64,000 nt of DNA from Eledone cirrhosa (GCA_964016885.1 OZ024743.1:17856001-17920000); one strand, 5' to 3'. Counted from the stretch's first letter, positions 28,566 through 42,613 are shown. Numbers and translations are program-made. Notes: generated by a model not told the origin, from the letters alone.

Positions 28566-31335
28566 GGCGACCTACGTAGTAAATTGTATCATCGTGAGCT
28601 CCGCAAATGTTTGTTGTTTTCGTTTGTTTAAAATTGCGATTTATGGAAAATTAGACGAGGCGCTTAGCAAAGGCATCGCGACCGACGTACTTGTGGCGAA
28701 ATTGGCCCGTGACCAATTATTCAATGCAAAGCACGAAGACTGCGTTGTCAGAGCTAGGGTGCGTGCTCTCTGACACGAGCGGACGAAAGCCGTTCAATTG
28801 GCCCGAGTGGCGGAGGCGCGTCGTGGCAACAAAGACACGATCAGGTCTTTGGTGGCACACGACGGGCGAAATGCTACTCGATCCATTGCAAATGTGTGAA
28901 GCTTTTCAGCGACACTTCGCACAGCTGTTAGGAGGCAGCGGCGTAACGGATGGAAGGATGGAATTTAGTGTGTACCTGGACGGACTGCCGCGGCTCTCGG
29001 CCACTGAGGCGAAGTGTTGCAAAAAGCCGTTAACAGCCGCCGAAGTACGGGGGGCAATGACTGGCTGCACAAGGGGTAAATCGCCTAGTTTGGATGGTCT
29101 GCCCTATGAACTTTACGTACAGATGCCAGACTTGCCCGGAGGCCTCTTGGGGCACGTCTACTGCAACTTTCAAAAGAACGGGAGAATTTCCCAGCTCTGT
29201 GAGCCGAGGAGCTGTGGCGCTTCTGAGAAAGGATCCGAACAAGGGGGATAACATAGATAATTTTAGGCCCATAACTCTGCTAAACACAGAGTTCAAGATT
29301 TTGGCCAAGGTGCTAGCAAATAGGTTGGCGCTTCTCGTTGGTGGCTGGTGGGAGAGGCGCAGACATGCGCCAATCCCGACAGAACCATCCACGACAACCT
29401 CTATCTCATGCGATACATCGTAGAGAGAGTAGCTAGGGAACCTCGCACGGGTAGGTCCTTGATCAATTTAGATCAGTCGAAAGCTTTCAATAGGGTCTAC
29501 CATCGTTACCTAGCGGCAGTCCTGGGGGCGGCTTGATTTGGGCCCTTCTTCAGAGGCTGGATCGCTGCCATGCACAGCGACATCTACTCTTTGGTGAGAG
29601 TGAACGGTCACTTTTCGGAACTGTTCAACATCATGCGCTCAGTCCGCCAAGGATGTCCCCTCTCCTTACTTTTGTACGTATTGACTCTCGAGCCATTACT
29701 GCACAAACTGGAGACGTTGAGGAGGATCCCGCGCGAACTAGAATGCAGAAGATCTGTGTCAGCATATGCGGACGATGTCACCGTAGTGGTGTCGAATGCC
29801 AAACACATCGAGGCGATCGGCAATACATTAAGAGAATACGAAGCGGTGACAGGAGCAATGATCAACCAGTAAAAGTCACTGGGCCTGCAGCTCGACACCT
29901 GGAGTGGCAGGTCCATGCCGTCTAATAGCGTCGTCGGGCGCTGGACGGACGGATCGGTTAAATTGCTAGGGTTATGGTTCGGTCCGGACCTCTAGACGGA
30001 CAAAAACTGGGACGAGGTGTCGAGCAGGGTGGCTTCTCTCACCCAGAAATGGGCGGAGAGGAAGCTATCCCTGAAAGGTCGAGCGGAGGTGGCTAAGGCG
30101 TACAACGCGTCCGTCATCTACTACCACCTGACCGTCGTACTTTGTCCTAAGCCCCGCCTGACTGCGCTGGAGCGCTTGCTCTTTTGCTTTTTGTGGAAGG
30201 GACGCGCTCCGATGGCCAGGTGGTCCATCTGCTGTCAACACCCAGTACGTGGAGCGCTGGGCATGCGTGGCTGATGATGTGCAGACACGCGCTCAAGCTA
30301 CGACATCTGCACTTCTTCCTCGAGGGTGATTAGGTGTGGTCGCCGTTTGCTAGACACGTCTTTCTCCAGCTCGTCTCCTTGACGGAGCTGCAGTCCTGGG
30401 TCAAGCGAAGACCGAGAGGGAGCGCTTGGTGACTGGAATATCTTCAGGCGCTCACAGCCCTCGACCAATCGGGCAATGTGATCGGTGGAAACTCCACCTT
30501 GGGGTTCTATAGAGGATTAGTGAATGGGAAGAGCGACGACGTACTTGGAGAAACTCTAGGCGTCGACGAAAATCAACTAGACAATCTCTTCTGAAGGACT
30601 TTCGGGCCGGGTCCTATGGACAACTTCTAGAAATCCCTGGACTGCTAGTGTTACCGAGGACCTTTGCCAGTTCGGAATAAAGCCTACAGGCATGTAGGTG
30701 CCGTCAGACGGGCATGTCCGAGATGCGCGCAAGGCGACGAAACCGTCCTGCACGCACTCGTCCAGTATCCGAGCATTCCTGACTTGTGGGTTTATATCGA
30801 CTACCTGCTGTCGCGTGAGGATTGCCCCGCCCTCTTCCTTCAACCGGGAAGGGCAGGCAGGTTTTATCTGTATGGTGGCCATTATGAAAGAAATAGTAAT
30901 GTGGACACGTTTGAAAGGGCTGAAGACGAGCACTTACCTCTTCTGTGATGTCCTGATTAACTTTTTCAAATTTCATTTGAAAAGGAAAATCAGTGTAGAG
31001 AGGGAAGTGCTCTTTTCCCAGCATTTTCTGGAAAGATGGGTGAGAGAGGCAAGAATGGCCCGAGTACTCTGAGTATGTGTCTGTAAATTAAAGGTGGAAC
31101 ACTGGGAGAGGGCCCTTCCCCTGGTGGTCAGGGTCACTGTGGCTTTTTAATGGGCTTTCTCCACGAATGTCCCTCGGAAGTCTGCCCGTATTGGGGATTT
31201 TTCATTGTTATTTTTTTGTTACATCCTCTGTTTTTGTTTTTTACACGCAAAAATGCACATTTGTACCGTCCTGTATTGTCCTGTATTGTCCTTAATGTCT
31301 ACTTTATGTAAACCCTTGTGGTTAATAAGGAAAGC
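28566..31335 (+). mobile_element. L1/Tx1-clade LINE, 5'-truncated and disrupted
   Basis: KSPSLDGLPYE, NFRPITLLNTEFKILAK, LDQSKAFNRV, RQGCPLS, YADDVTV and CPRC..ETVLH; related to the 9690-11682 copy. Confidence 0.92.
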
Positions 31336-31844
31336 ATTATTACCATGAATTCCATGAAATAATATTTGAGCCTGATTTATTTCTGTTAATTATTATCTCA
31401 TTAGTGGTACTTTCAGTTTTCTACATTAAATACTGGGCATCAAGTTAAAGTTAGGAAAAATATATCCAGGTGTGTTACTAAATTTGACATATGTTGATAT
31501 TAAAATCATTATTCATTGAAAATGTCTAAGGAGAAATGAATATAGAAAACATTTTTTTTTTAATCTCTTCATACAATTTATTAAATAAAGTAAGATATTT
31601 CGTAATCCTGCTGAATGAAATCATACGTTACAAAAATCCAATCATTGGTGCGAAATTCACTTTCATTTGCTGATCAAATATTTAAATGTTTAAATTCCCA
31701 ATAAATATATTAATTTTTAATTAAAATCGATAAAATGTGTGTGCTAAAATTAGTTCAACACAAATAAGTTCTTCATATGTGGTTGGAAAAAGAAAAGGTG
31801 CAATGGTTTCAAAATACAAATGGATGTCTCCAAATCTACCTTGA

Positions 31845-32027
31845 AATAATTGTTTCTACTTTAGGCACAACACCAGCAATCACCAAGTGCATTACTGGTA
31901 CTTTATTTGATCGACCCTGTAAGGATGAAAGGCAAAGTCTATCTCGGAGGGATTTGAACTCAGATCGTAAAGGAACGTAACTATGCTGGAAAGCATGGCG
32001 TCCGATCCTCTACCGATACTGCCAATC
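31845..32027 (-). mobile_element. SINE copy
   Basis: Homologous to 17803-17990. Confidence 0.9.
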
Positions 32028-32547
32028 AAAATGCCTAAGTGACAGTTGCATGCATAAAAATGATCTTATTTATTCTTTTGTTTAATAAAGACTATAAATA
32101 ATACGGATATTTAAAATAATTACATTTTGAAAACTGCTAAGATGATAAGGAGGAGGAAAAGTAAGTGCAGAGGGAAAGCGTATGGAGGGAGCGAATGAAT
32201 TTGATGATGTAGTATAATGTGAAAGATGAGGTAGATGAGGACGAATATATGCCTGGAATTGATGAAGATGACGTTGTTAACTTAATTGCGATATTGATGT
32301 GGTATATCAAACGATAAACATAATATTGACGATTATATAACACAGTGGGTCAAGATTCTATCTGCTCCTTTCTAGTTTTCAGCAAAAAATTGTACATCTA
32401 TTGATTACGCACTTATTTCAGCCAATTGCAAGTAATGGTTCGAACGATGTAATTGAGAGTATTTTTTCACTTAGTACAAAACCATTTTGCTGGTTACAGA
32501 GTTGATGAAGGTGAAAATGTATGTGTCGACTTACCTTGTACATCGCC

Positions 32548-32718
32548 ATTATATATTTCCTTTCCAGCATAGTTACGTCCCTTTATGATCTGAGTTCAAA
32601 TCCCGCCGAGGTTAACTTTGCCTTTCATCCTTACGGGGTCGATAAAATAAAGTACCAGTAATGCACTGGGATAATTGCTGGCCTTGTGCCTAAAGTAGAA
32701 ACAATTATATATTTCCTT
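32548..32718 (+). mobile_element. 5'-truncated SINE
   Basis: 15-bp TSD attatatatttcctt at 32548 and 32704. Confidence 0.9.
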
Positions 32719-32970
32719 CTCCTAGTCATTTCTGTGCGCAAAACCCACTTTTCCTTGTTCTCCACCTCATTCTATCTTTTCCATATTTCATTTGCCAGTC
32801 ACCCTTCTTGTGGTTTGTTTCTCTGTTGACCACTTGCCGCTGGCCTCTCTCCTCTGAGTCATTTGACAGCATTTAGCTGGTATAACGGCTGTTCTAGCGA
32901 AGGATCTTCTCATTTTTTATATATATTCAAATACATTCTCACTTTGTCTCAATCAGGGACAACATTATTC

Positions 32971-33030
<60 letters not shown>

Positions 33031-34877
33031 GGGTAGAAAGAGAAAGGCTACGATTTCTCAGTACCATTATAACGTCACTTACATTTCTTTGGTGGTAAAC
33101 GATCCATCATTCTGAGGTCTGAGTTGAAAAGCCTCCGAAGTTAACTTTATAAATCTTCTTCTCGAGATATTTTAATAAATATATAGTCTATTATTAGAGC
33201 TAATACTTGTTTTTTACCAATTTTTCTCGTGCCCATTCTGATTCTCTCTCCGTCTCTCGGATAAATCCTCCGTGTTTCTCTGCTCAGCAAAGGAATCGTC
33301 AATTATTCAAATATATAAGAAACTATATACACCCAACATCAGCCCCTGATGTAAGTCATCATTTCGATGCTAGGCTATTACTTATTGTTTTCACTAACTA
33401 CTGATTTTCTTTTATTAGATATAAATCTTCAAATTATATAGTATTAAATGTAGTAGCAATGTAACGAATACTAAAACCTGAAATATACTCTATGAAAAAT
33501 ATTGCTCTCATTGTTCATCGACGTCACGACTTTCAATGGTTATAATCTTTTTTTTAGATATGAAATATCATATTTATGTCATACATGTCGTCCATGTCAT
33601 CCATGTCATTTATCGGTGTTATAGTTTTTAGAACAAATCCCATATTATATCCTATTCAATATTTTCTTTTTAATTTCTTGATGTTTCCTGAATAAAATAT
33701 ATTGGAATGCAATATGAGATTTACTCCTCCATATGTGCCTGTGCGTAACCTATTGCAACTGGTGGTGGTATGGATATACAACACACGAAAAGCTTCGAGT
33801 TTCATCGGTGCCTACATTCTAGTAAACATTAAACATCTTATAGACTTCCCAATTATCATAAACGAAACCCTTTGCAAAGGTGCTCATGCATAAATCATGT
33901 TGTTCAACATCGCCTTCATACTTAGACGCCATTACCACTCTGCAAATGTGATCTGTAATTCCGTTTGCTTCGATCCTCACTGTTTACGACAACCGCAAGC
34001 AAATCAGGAACAGCAAACAAATGGCAAAAACTATGGAGTGAAGCCTTCCAAAATGTCTTAAATACACATATTGTGTAACGTTATGTGGCAACAATAAAGG
34101 ATGAGAGCATTCACAGAATTGAATAATGGTTCATGTAGGATTTAAGTTATATTGAGCAGCTCCTGGTAAAGTTGACTAATAGAGAAACACAGTATAAGCT
34201 TGGCTTCAATGTGTTACTGAAAAATCAAGTAATTCTATACCTCAATCTAGTGAATCACTTTTCGACTGTAATGGTGTATCTTATGAAATGTTGGATGAAT
34301 TTAAGTGTATATGGACACAAAGATGCGTAGGTTACTTTAAATAATATCACATCGATTTATATTTGTATTACATAACAGCAGTGAGCTCTTCAATATATAA
34401 TTACATGAATACGTTTTAAAGACAGGCGCAATCAGAAATAAAATTACCATAAACATAGGAAATGAATGATATTTAAACACTAAACCTGTTACGAAAATAT
34501 AAACCCCACGAATATAAATAACAAATATTATTCCCATGATGTATTTTTTCAGATAATTATTGTTATACTGAGATTGAAAAACAAAATATTTGATATACCC
34601 TATACGTGATAATTTTCAAGAGAGAAGATAATTAAATTGATTTTAGAAACTTTTAAATATCATCGGTATCTGTTTTGCTATATACTTAAAGACAAAGTGT
34701 TATTTTGAAACTGAGAACGAAAAAAAGATTGAAATATTCTTAAAGGTGAAAATAACGATCTACTCTGTGTGTAATATTTATTTCGCACAAACACACGCAG
34801 AAAAGATAAGTATTTCGTGTGTGCGTGTATATATATATATATATATATATATATGCATATATATATATATATATATA

Positions 34878-34972
34878 TAGGAACCAGTAAGACCCCGACA
34901 GCTGAGCTCAAGCCGTTTCGACGGCTAGGTGCGTTATGGTCCACCTGGTTCCTTACCACATTTCCTTCGTTA
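34878..34972. mobile_element. Internally collapsed family C fold-back element
   Basis: The first ~50 nt match the inverted arm start at 38111 and join directly to the distal tail (compare 38515-38558); (TA)n on both sides. Confidence 0.8.
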
Positions 34973-35281
34973 TATATATATATATATGCATATATATATA
35001 TATATATATATATCATAAAACATGTCTATAGAATCACAAGATAAAATATATACTATTTCCTCTCCCAATTAGCATAATTAACCATATAAAAAATCGATTA
35101 GACCAGGCTATAAGAATGAGGCTTCTATGAAGAAATCTCCGGCAAATAACCGAAACTAGCGCTTCGCGTCGGTCGTAGCGGAATATTTATCGAATATTTC
35201 GACAGCGTAATCGCCCAGATATAGTCAACTAAACAGAATTAGGTGTAAAATAAACTAGGAGAAAATAGAATACATTTAAAT

Positions 35282-35369
35282 ACCTCTACCATGGTTTCGT
35301 CCGTATTTTGAGTTTTCCAATAATTATGTAATAATTATATAAACTCGAGCGCCGGATTCATCAGGAAGC
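35282..35369 (-). ncRNA. Type I hammerhead motif, family E
   Basis: GCUUC-CUGAUGA-aUCCG...(GAGUUU/AAACUC hairpin)...CGGAc-GAAAC-CAUG-GUA-GAGGU, inside a ~360-bp island (35016-35377) between (TA)n runs. Confidence 0.85.
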
Positions 35370-35374
35370 TCGCT

Positions 35375-35413
<39 letters not shown>

Positions 35414-35414
35414 T

Positions 35415-35445
<31 letters not shown>

Positions 35446-35449
35446 GTGA

Positions 35450-35775
35450 AACCATGACCGCAGGAAGGCACTTTTCTCTAGCTCCCTATAATATCCTCCT
35501 GAGCATCAGGATGTGACTGGTGGTTGATCTTCCCTCTCTGAAGCTGTTCTGGTTGTCCCTGAGTTTCTTCTCCATCTCGGGCTGGATCCTGTTAAGAATC
35601 ATCCTATTGAGGGTCGTCTTTGCCACAAGTGACGTCAGAGAGATCCCTCTGTAATTGTTGGTGTTAGATAGATCACCCTTCTTTGGCACTGGGTCGATGT
35701 TACTGACCCTCCACTGATTCAGGGCAACTCCCTTCTCCAGTATCTAGTTACAGAAACCAAGATTAATATCATCAA
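35450..35775 (-). mobile_element. RTE-like LINE RT N-terminal fragment
   Basis: PKKGDLSNTNNYRGISLTS...NQNSFREGRSTTSHI. Confidence 0.85.
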
Positions 35776-35799
35776 AATCAAGGGGACTACTAATGTAGG

Positions 35800-36285
35800 C
35801 AGGAACCGCTGGAATTAGTTGAGGACTTCTTGTATTTGGGAGCAAAGATTGGGAATACTGAAGATGATGTGGTTGAGAGGAAGAGCAAATCCTGGGCGGC
35901 GTGCCACAGTTTGAGATCGGTTTGGAAGTCGGACTTTCGTGTAGATCCGCCTCCTCATTGCTGTAGTGGAGTCTGTGCTGATGGACGGGTCTGAGACTGG
36001 GACACTGACCAAGAAACTCACTCAGATGGCGGAGGGTACTATAAAAGAATGCTGAGGATTGCTCTGAACATTAATACCTATACGCTGAGGATGAAAACCA
36101 CAGAGCTGAATGGGAGCCTCCCAATAGTCAGCTCAATAGTGACACGAAGGAGACTGATGTCAGCTGAACATGCTCACCGACATCCACTGTTGACACTACC
36201 CTCAGTGCTCCCATGGGGCCTCTGCATGGACACACTGGAAGGGGAAGTACCAATGTTAACGTATGTTGATGCCCTATGTACCTGA
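35800..36285 (+). mobile_element. RTE-like LINE C-terminal fragment
   Basis: DFLYLGA, VVESVLMDGSETWTLTK, RMLRIAL. Confidence 0.8.
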
Positions 36286-36804
36286 AGGTAGAGGTGAATA
36301 TTTCACATAGCTGTTCTGTATCGTGGTGCTCCGATCTCTCTGTATCTAAGGTGGGAAAATATAGGCTTTATATACGTGTCGCCTTCTGTCCCCAACCTTG
36401 AGGGGATAGCCCACGCTCGAACCTGTTGACACCAAACGGGTGGTGACCTAGAGTTTCACCTATAGGTGTCATCCAAGGTTCAAGGCGGGGACAGATTTCG
36501 CTACATTAGTTCCCTGCCCAGATCGATGCAGGAGCAGCGATCGATTACAAAAGGGGCAGCGAAATCATATTGTCGATGCGTGTCCCAAAACACATAAAAT
36601 GTGGGTACTACGCCCGCATTTCGAGTGCAGAGAAATTTGGAGAGAGAAAAAAAATCGCATAATGCGTATGCATGTATGTGTGTAACATTTAGAAGAAACT
36701 GTAAATATACAAAATTGTGATCATGTAGTTCGAACTGTCGTGTATGGATAGATGACCGTTGGGGTTACGGTATCGATTTACGATATGATAACACAGAGGA
36801 ATAT

Positions 36805-37160
36805 TTCTCTCGATGTATCATCATACTGGATTCTTTTCCGGTGAGTCGACGTTTACGCTATGACATGAGTGTGTGCAATTTTGAGTTGCGTGCCTGGGTG
36901 AGTCCAGGGGTGCTTGTGTGAGTCTAAGCGACTAGTAACCGTGGGTTGATTACCATGTGTTTAATAGCTGTTGCCGTACCTTGACCAGTTGAATCTCGAT
37001 GTATTATCATACGTAAGTTGCTTTTCCAGTGAGTCGAGATTTATGCTATGACATGAGTGAGTGCAATGTTGAGTTGCAAGCTTGAGTGGGTCCAAGTGAG
37101 TAGTAACCGTGGGTTGATTATTATGTGTTTAATCGCTGTTGCCGTACCTTAACCAGTTGA
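36805..37160. repeat. Tandem duplication, ~170-190 bp unit
   Basis: tctcgatgta...ccagttgaa occurs twice. Confidence 0.85.
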
Positions 37161-37528
37161 AAAGTGATCTCGCAGAGACCCAACTGAAACCAGAATATAC
37201 CATACACAAAAACATGTTGGTTTGTGACGAAGAAAATGATGTGTGTTTGATGCAAAACGTGTACCATGGTACTGGCATATAATACAGTAAAACAAATAAA
37301 AAAATAAAAATGAACGTCCATGTACAACATGTAAAAAATATTGTTTTATATATTTATATAATTGTTCTTTACAAAAAGTTCAGTTTTCTCTTCTTTATGT
37401 AATAGTTTTCTTGCTAGGAAGCTAGTAGTATTGTCTGTTGTTGTTGTTGTTGGAGATTACGAAGCACGTGGTGAGGTGTTTGGTAATGAATCGAAAAATC
37501 AAAGCAAAGTCACTGTAAATATTCCGTA

Positions 37529-37591
<63 letters not shown>

Positions 37592-37594
37592 AAA

Positions 37595-37720
37595 AACACT
37601 GGAAGGTAATATCCGTAGTGGTAGAGCATTCAGTCCATGGGACGAGTTAGGTAGAAGTGGTAACACAACAGTTAGTTAACCATACCGAGAACAATTATTT
37701 CACCTTAGCGGATCCTCAGG
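37595..37720 (-). mobile_element. Family D hammerhead plus tail
   Basis: The minus strand reads CUGAGGA-UCCgcuaaGGU-GAAA-uAAUUGUU-CUCGG, followed by sequence matching 55151-55182 and then 56036-56098. Confidence 0.8.
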
Positions 37721-37730
37721 CCATATGAGC

Positions 37731-37825
<95 letters not shown>

Positions 37826-37841
37826 TATATATATATATATA

Positions 37842-38097
37842 TTCAGTTAACGAGGTATATTTTAAGGCACTCCAAGTAGAGTATATGAGTACTCTGTATC
37901 GAGGATAGTTCTAACGTTCGGCGTTGTTTGACTCAACAAGAAATTGTGGTATTCTGGTTGCCGATTCCAGACAGTTGCTACGTAAGCAGTTGCTGGAGTA
38001 TTAATTAAAAAGGAGTAAAGAATAACATGGATAGGCTGTAGAGTCGGGTTTATTCCCTACTGTACAGCCGATACGTGTTATTATTCACTCTTCTATT
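37842..38097 (-). mobile_element. Family H Penelope-like 3' end with degenerate hammerhead
   Basis: Homologous to 42614-42830; GAGTACTC at 37887; (TA)n on both sides. Confidence 0.65.
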
Positions 38098-38110
38098 ATA
38101 TATATATATA

Positions 38111-38556
38111 TAGGAAAAAGTATGACCATGACGGCAGAGCTCAAGCCGTTTCGACGGCTATTTCTGGACTAAAGTAAGTGTTTTTTTAGCCTGGTAAATA
38201 AATAGCCGAACTTTTCAAGGGTACTTCCTTATAAGGAAATATTGTAGTTATCGTTAGGGGGTTTGCATGCAGTTACCAGTTCGTCTTTTTTGTTGAGGAG
38301 TTGATCCTTCGTAAAAAAATGTTGACCAATCCCCTTGACAACTACAATATTTCCATATAAGAAAGTACCCTTGAAAATTTCGGCTATTTATTTACCAGAC
38401 TAAACAAAACTCTTACTTTAGTCCAGAAATAGCCGTCGAAACAGCTTGAGCTCTGCGGTCGGAGTCATACTTTCTCCTATTACCCACTCTAATACACTAA
38501 GTATTGAGTAATTTGGTGCGTTATCGTTCATCTGGTTACTTACCACAATTCCCCCG

Positions 38557-38558
<2 letters not shown>
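38111..38558. mobile_element. Fold-back hammerhead element, family C, in (TA)n
   Basis: Inverted arms ~38111-38264 and ~38327-38479, tail 38480-38558. Hammerhead fold at 38367-38465 with core UUGAAAA. Confidence 0.85.
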
Positions 38559-38602
<44 letters not shown>

Positions 38603-38747
38603 AGGGTTGAGGGACCTACCATGTTTATCAATGCCAGTACCGATTGTATCTCAGCGCACTCAATGGACAATGTAAAATACATTACCAGCGTAAACACATA
38701 GTTATTTGCCTCAACACAACACACGTAAATTGGGTGCCTATAAGGTT

Positions 38748-38857
38748 CTCGGACTCGAGTTTCTGCAGCACTAATGCAGCAGTAAGGTGCACTGCACCAT
38801 CTGTCTCCATAAAGTATGTAACACTGCACAATCGGCTTATGCTGCTTCATCGGCGGG
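38748..38857 (-). ncRNA. Hammerhead motif, family F (U4 to C)
   Basis: cccg-CCGAUGA-aGCAGCA...UGCUGCa-GAAAC-UCGA-GUC-cgag, in an island (38602-38917) next to (TA)n. Confidence 0.7.
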
Positions 38858-39721
38858 TATCGCCTAATCAATAACCAATCAATTGACATAATCCAAACAC
38901 CGGCCCGCGCCGGTCATTATATATCATCATCATCATCATCGTCATCGTCGTCGTCATAAAATGTCCATTTCTTCAAAGCTAGCATGGGTTAGACGAATTA
39001 TCCTCTTGTGAGATAAGCCAGGCCAGGTGGCCATGTGTTGCTCATTCAGAACTGATTTTGGTTTAGATTCTACAGCTAGATGACGTTCGTAACCCCAACC
39101 ACATAAACAAATTGAATTCTTACTTCTTTATGTCGTGGCACATACACGAATACTTTACAGTATGAGCTGGGTGCATTTTATTGTCACACCTACAAAACCA
39201 ACTTACGGGGTCTGTGTGACTTTGACGTGACACCTACACGATCAATTGACAGTATGGTCTGAGCGCTTTTTATCGTGTTAACTAAGCCACCACTTTACAG
39301 GTTGCGTTGAGCGAATTCGACTTGTTACCATGAAGGCAACATTATACTGTGGACTGGGGTTTGAAATCTGCATCATAATGTGTAGGCGTCTTTTGAGTAC
39401 AGAAAACAAATTTAAAATGTGGTATGTATGCTCCCATAGCAGTCAGAAAAATTATTAGCAAACGTTTAAACTGAAACCTGACGTCATGTTGAGCTAATAA
39501 GTGTGCTAGCTGATTTCACTTAACTGCTCATCCGATTATTCAACGTTAAACTTTCAAACCATCATTTTATAGTGGTGTTTTTAAATCAGCAAGTGTATTT
39601 TACAATGGGGAGAAAATTGAATATGCTGAAAACGGAATTATATGCTTCCCTAGTGATTGCTCAAAAGAATATTGTCAGGTAATAGGGTATATACGCCCCC
39701 ATAACTGAGAAAATGGGCATT

Positions 39722-39797
39722 AGCAAGTGTAGGGATCGAAACCACAGCTTTTATTGTCCGGGTAAGTGTGCTAGCAAGTTACACCAACCGGCCACCC
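39722..39797 (-). mobile_element. Degenerate tRNA-derived SINE head
   Basis: A-box-like TGGTGTAACTTG and B-box-like GGTTTCGATCCC; no clean cloverleaf. Confidence 0.4.
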
Positions 39798-40446
39798 AAA
39801 AGTACTCCATAAGTGATGTAAGTTGATAGCGGTATATATATAAATCAATACGTAGTTTTTAGAATAAGGCGGTGATCAAATATTCCCAAAAGAGTATGTT
39901 ATGCAAGCATCATGAATTGAGTGCAGCATGTGTTTGTATGAGTGTGTTTATGTGCATGTACGTTGTGTCTGGAGGGGCATGTTCTCGTGGTAAAGTTGTT
40001 CGGCTTACGTTCAGCAGCATGTAGCTTCAATTCATGTATACTCAACTGAAAATGAGTATCAGCAGTGGATGGTGGTTTAACCATTCGTTACACTGGCGGC
40101 CAGTTCCAACGGAAGCCGTGTACTCTCAGTCGCTTTACAACAAGGAAAACCGGATAAGCAACGGCCATATATATGAGAATAGCATTAAGGAAGACGCTGC
40201 GATTACATAAAGCGTTTATTAATCAAGATTATCTATATGGATAACATTACGGTAGCCATAGATATAACTGTAACGTATAAGCGCTTTATTTAATCAGAAC
40301 ATCTTTCTTAATGTTATTAGTATACAGTATCGCCATGGTAATTACACACTATTTTCGTAGTGTGAGCTTTCACCTGCTTACTCCTGTTTTTACCAAAGCA
40401 TATATTTTACTGAATATATGTATATATATTATTTACATATATATTA

Positions 40447-42519
40447 TCGACGACTCTATTTGGATAAAAAAATCCAATAGTACCCTATTCGACGTGTGTA
40501 TGGGCGCCAGCGATTCTGCGGAGATTACTGATCTTATCGGCCTTTTACTTCTTTTCTCTATCAAGGACGAATTCCCCAACGCGGGCGGTGGTTTGTACCG
40601 TGATGATGGTCTTTTGACCATGACTAAGTGCGGCCCTCGTGCTTGCGACAGGTTCAGAAAATAACTCACAGCCTTCTTTAAAGGCTTCAACCTCTCTATA
40701 CAGGTTGAGGCCAATCTCTCGGTCGTTAATTACCTCGACGCAGAGTACGAAAATGGACCTAGAAGAAATAGATCCCGTCGCATTTGTTGGTATAACCCAC
40801 CATATAATATGGAGGTGGCCACACCTTTAGCTAAGATCTTTCTTTCCCTTATTACGAAGTATTTTCCCCCTACACATAAATATAGTAACATTTTTATTAG
40901 AAATACTATTAATATTTCTTACACTACGACTCTTAACCTTGCACATACCATCACAACTTGAAATGTAGCTAAACTACCTAGCCGTAGGAACACGTGCAAA
41001 CCTGTAGTTAGTACTAACTGTAATTGTAGGAATCGGGTTGATTGCCCCTATCCGGGAAATGCCTCTCCAGTAACATAGTCTACAAATGTAAGGTTGAAAC
41101 ACCCACGTCCCTTAGGGCCCACATAGGGTTAACCGCCAAGAGATTCAAGCAGCGTATTGACATGCATACCCATTCTTTTCGTTACCCTCTAAGAAGGAAT
41201 ATGACGTCACTTTCAGCTTATATCTGGAGTCTAAAAGACAACCACACCCAATATAAGTTACACTAGGAGATCTTAGCTAGGGCTAGATCGTATAACGGAA
41301 ATAAAAGACCATGTGATCTCTGCGCCGCTGAGGCCCTGGAAATGCTCTACGCCACAGAACACATCTTGAACAAAATATCCGAGGCAATTTTGGCTTGTAA
41401 ACATAAATTGCACAAAACTTTCCTGTATTACAGCCCCACGTTATACCCTAACGGATAGTACGATCTATACGTGGCTATTTTACGTCTTGATATGGTAGCT
41501 AAGTATATGTTTTGTTTATACCATTACTTATTTGCATAGGTAAGTATATATTACTTGTATGTTTTGTGAGGGTACGTATACTTTCTCGTACGTATATTTG
41601 ATTGTATATGTTATGGCGTATATTTTTATATATATTCTGGTTCATATGGTTTGATATGTGTATACGGGAGTTTTGCGTCTGTGTGAGTATGTAGGTTCTT
41701 TCGTATGTAGGGTGTGTGTATATGTGTACTTCATGTTTTGGTTGACTTACGTCTCCGAACATTTGTGTATTTACATATAGGTATGTGTGTGCGCTTGTTA
41801 TATACGTATTTATTTATTTATATACGTTTATTTAAGTATTTATTTATTTATATACGTTTATTTAACTATTTATTTATTTATATACGTTTATTTAACTACT
41901 TATTTATTTGTATACACGCACGCACGCACACACATATTTATATGTGCGTAGTTTAGTATACCTATGGCAAGTGTTTTCGCGTATGCTTGTGTATGTACGT
42001 TTTTGCATGCGTGTATGTATTTATTTAATTTCTAATACCTCTGTTTTGTATTTTACTTTATTCTTAACTCTGAAGCGGAGATTAATTCGGTTTCCTAGTT
42101 AGAATTTTAGTCTACGACGTCAGCTATACCGTTTACGTGGTTTTGTCTTTGCGTGCAATTTTTCTCCATGGTCCACATATGACGTATGATCTTCGTTTTT
42201 TCAGATCATTGCCAGAGAACGTCTCTATTAACCACCTAAGAGAACTTTAGTCTACGACTTCTTTTATACCATAAATGTGGTTCTGTCTTTGCGCGTAATT
42301 GTTTTTCACCGATCCTATTAATGACGTATTGTATTCGTTTTTTTTCCGTTCTTTGCCAGGGAACGTTTCCACGGACCAAAGTATCTTCTTCCTGTCTTCC
42401 TCCGGTTGCAACGTTTTTTTAAATATCCACTTCTGCGTTTACATATTGACATTTGTTAGTTTCAGAAGATCCCGTTAAGGTTGAAAGCAGCGATTCTTTG
42501 CTTAAACTTTAATCTGTTA

Positions 42520-42525
<6 letters not shown>
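40447..42525 (+). mobile_element. Penelope-like element (Naiad-like), RT fragment + GIY-YIG + 3' UTR, disrupted
   Basis: FDVCMGASDSAEITDLIG, GLYRDDGL, then CNCRN..CPLSGKCLSSNIVY...HIGLT..FKQR...H..SF...LSAYIW...CDLC. Ends at (TA)n. Confidence 0.88.
41800..41908. repeat. 30-bp minisatellite in Penelope-like 3' UTR
   Basis: tatttatttatttatatacgtttatttaa(g/c) repeated about 3.5 times. Confidence 0.85.
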
Positions 42526-42613
<88 letters not shown>

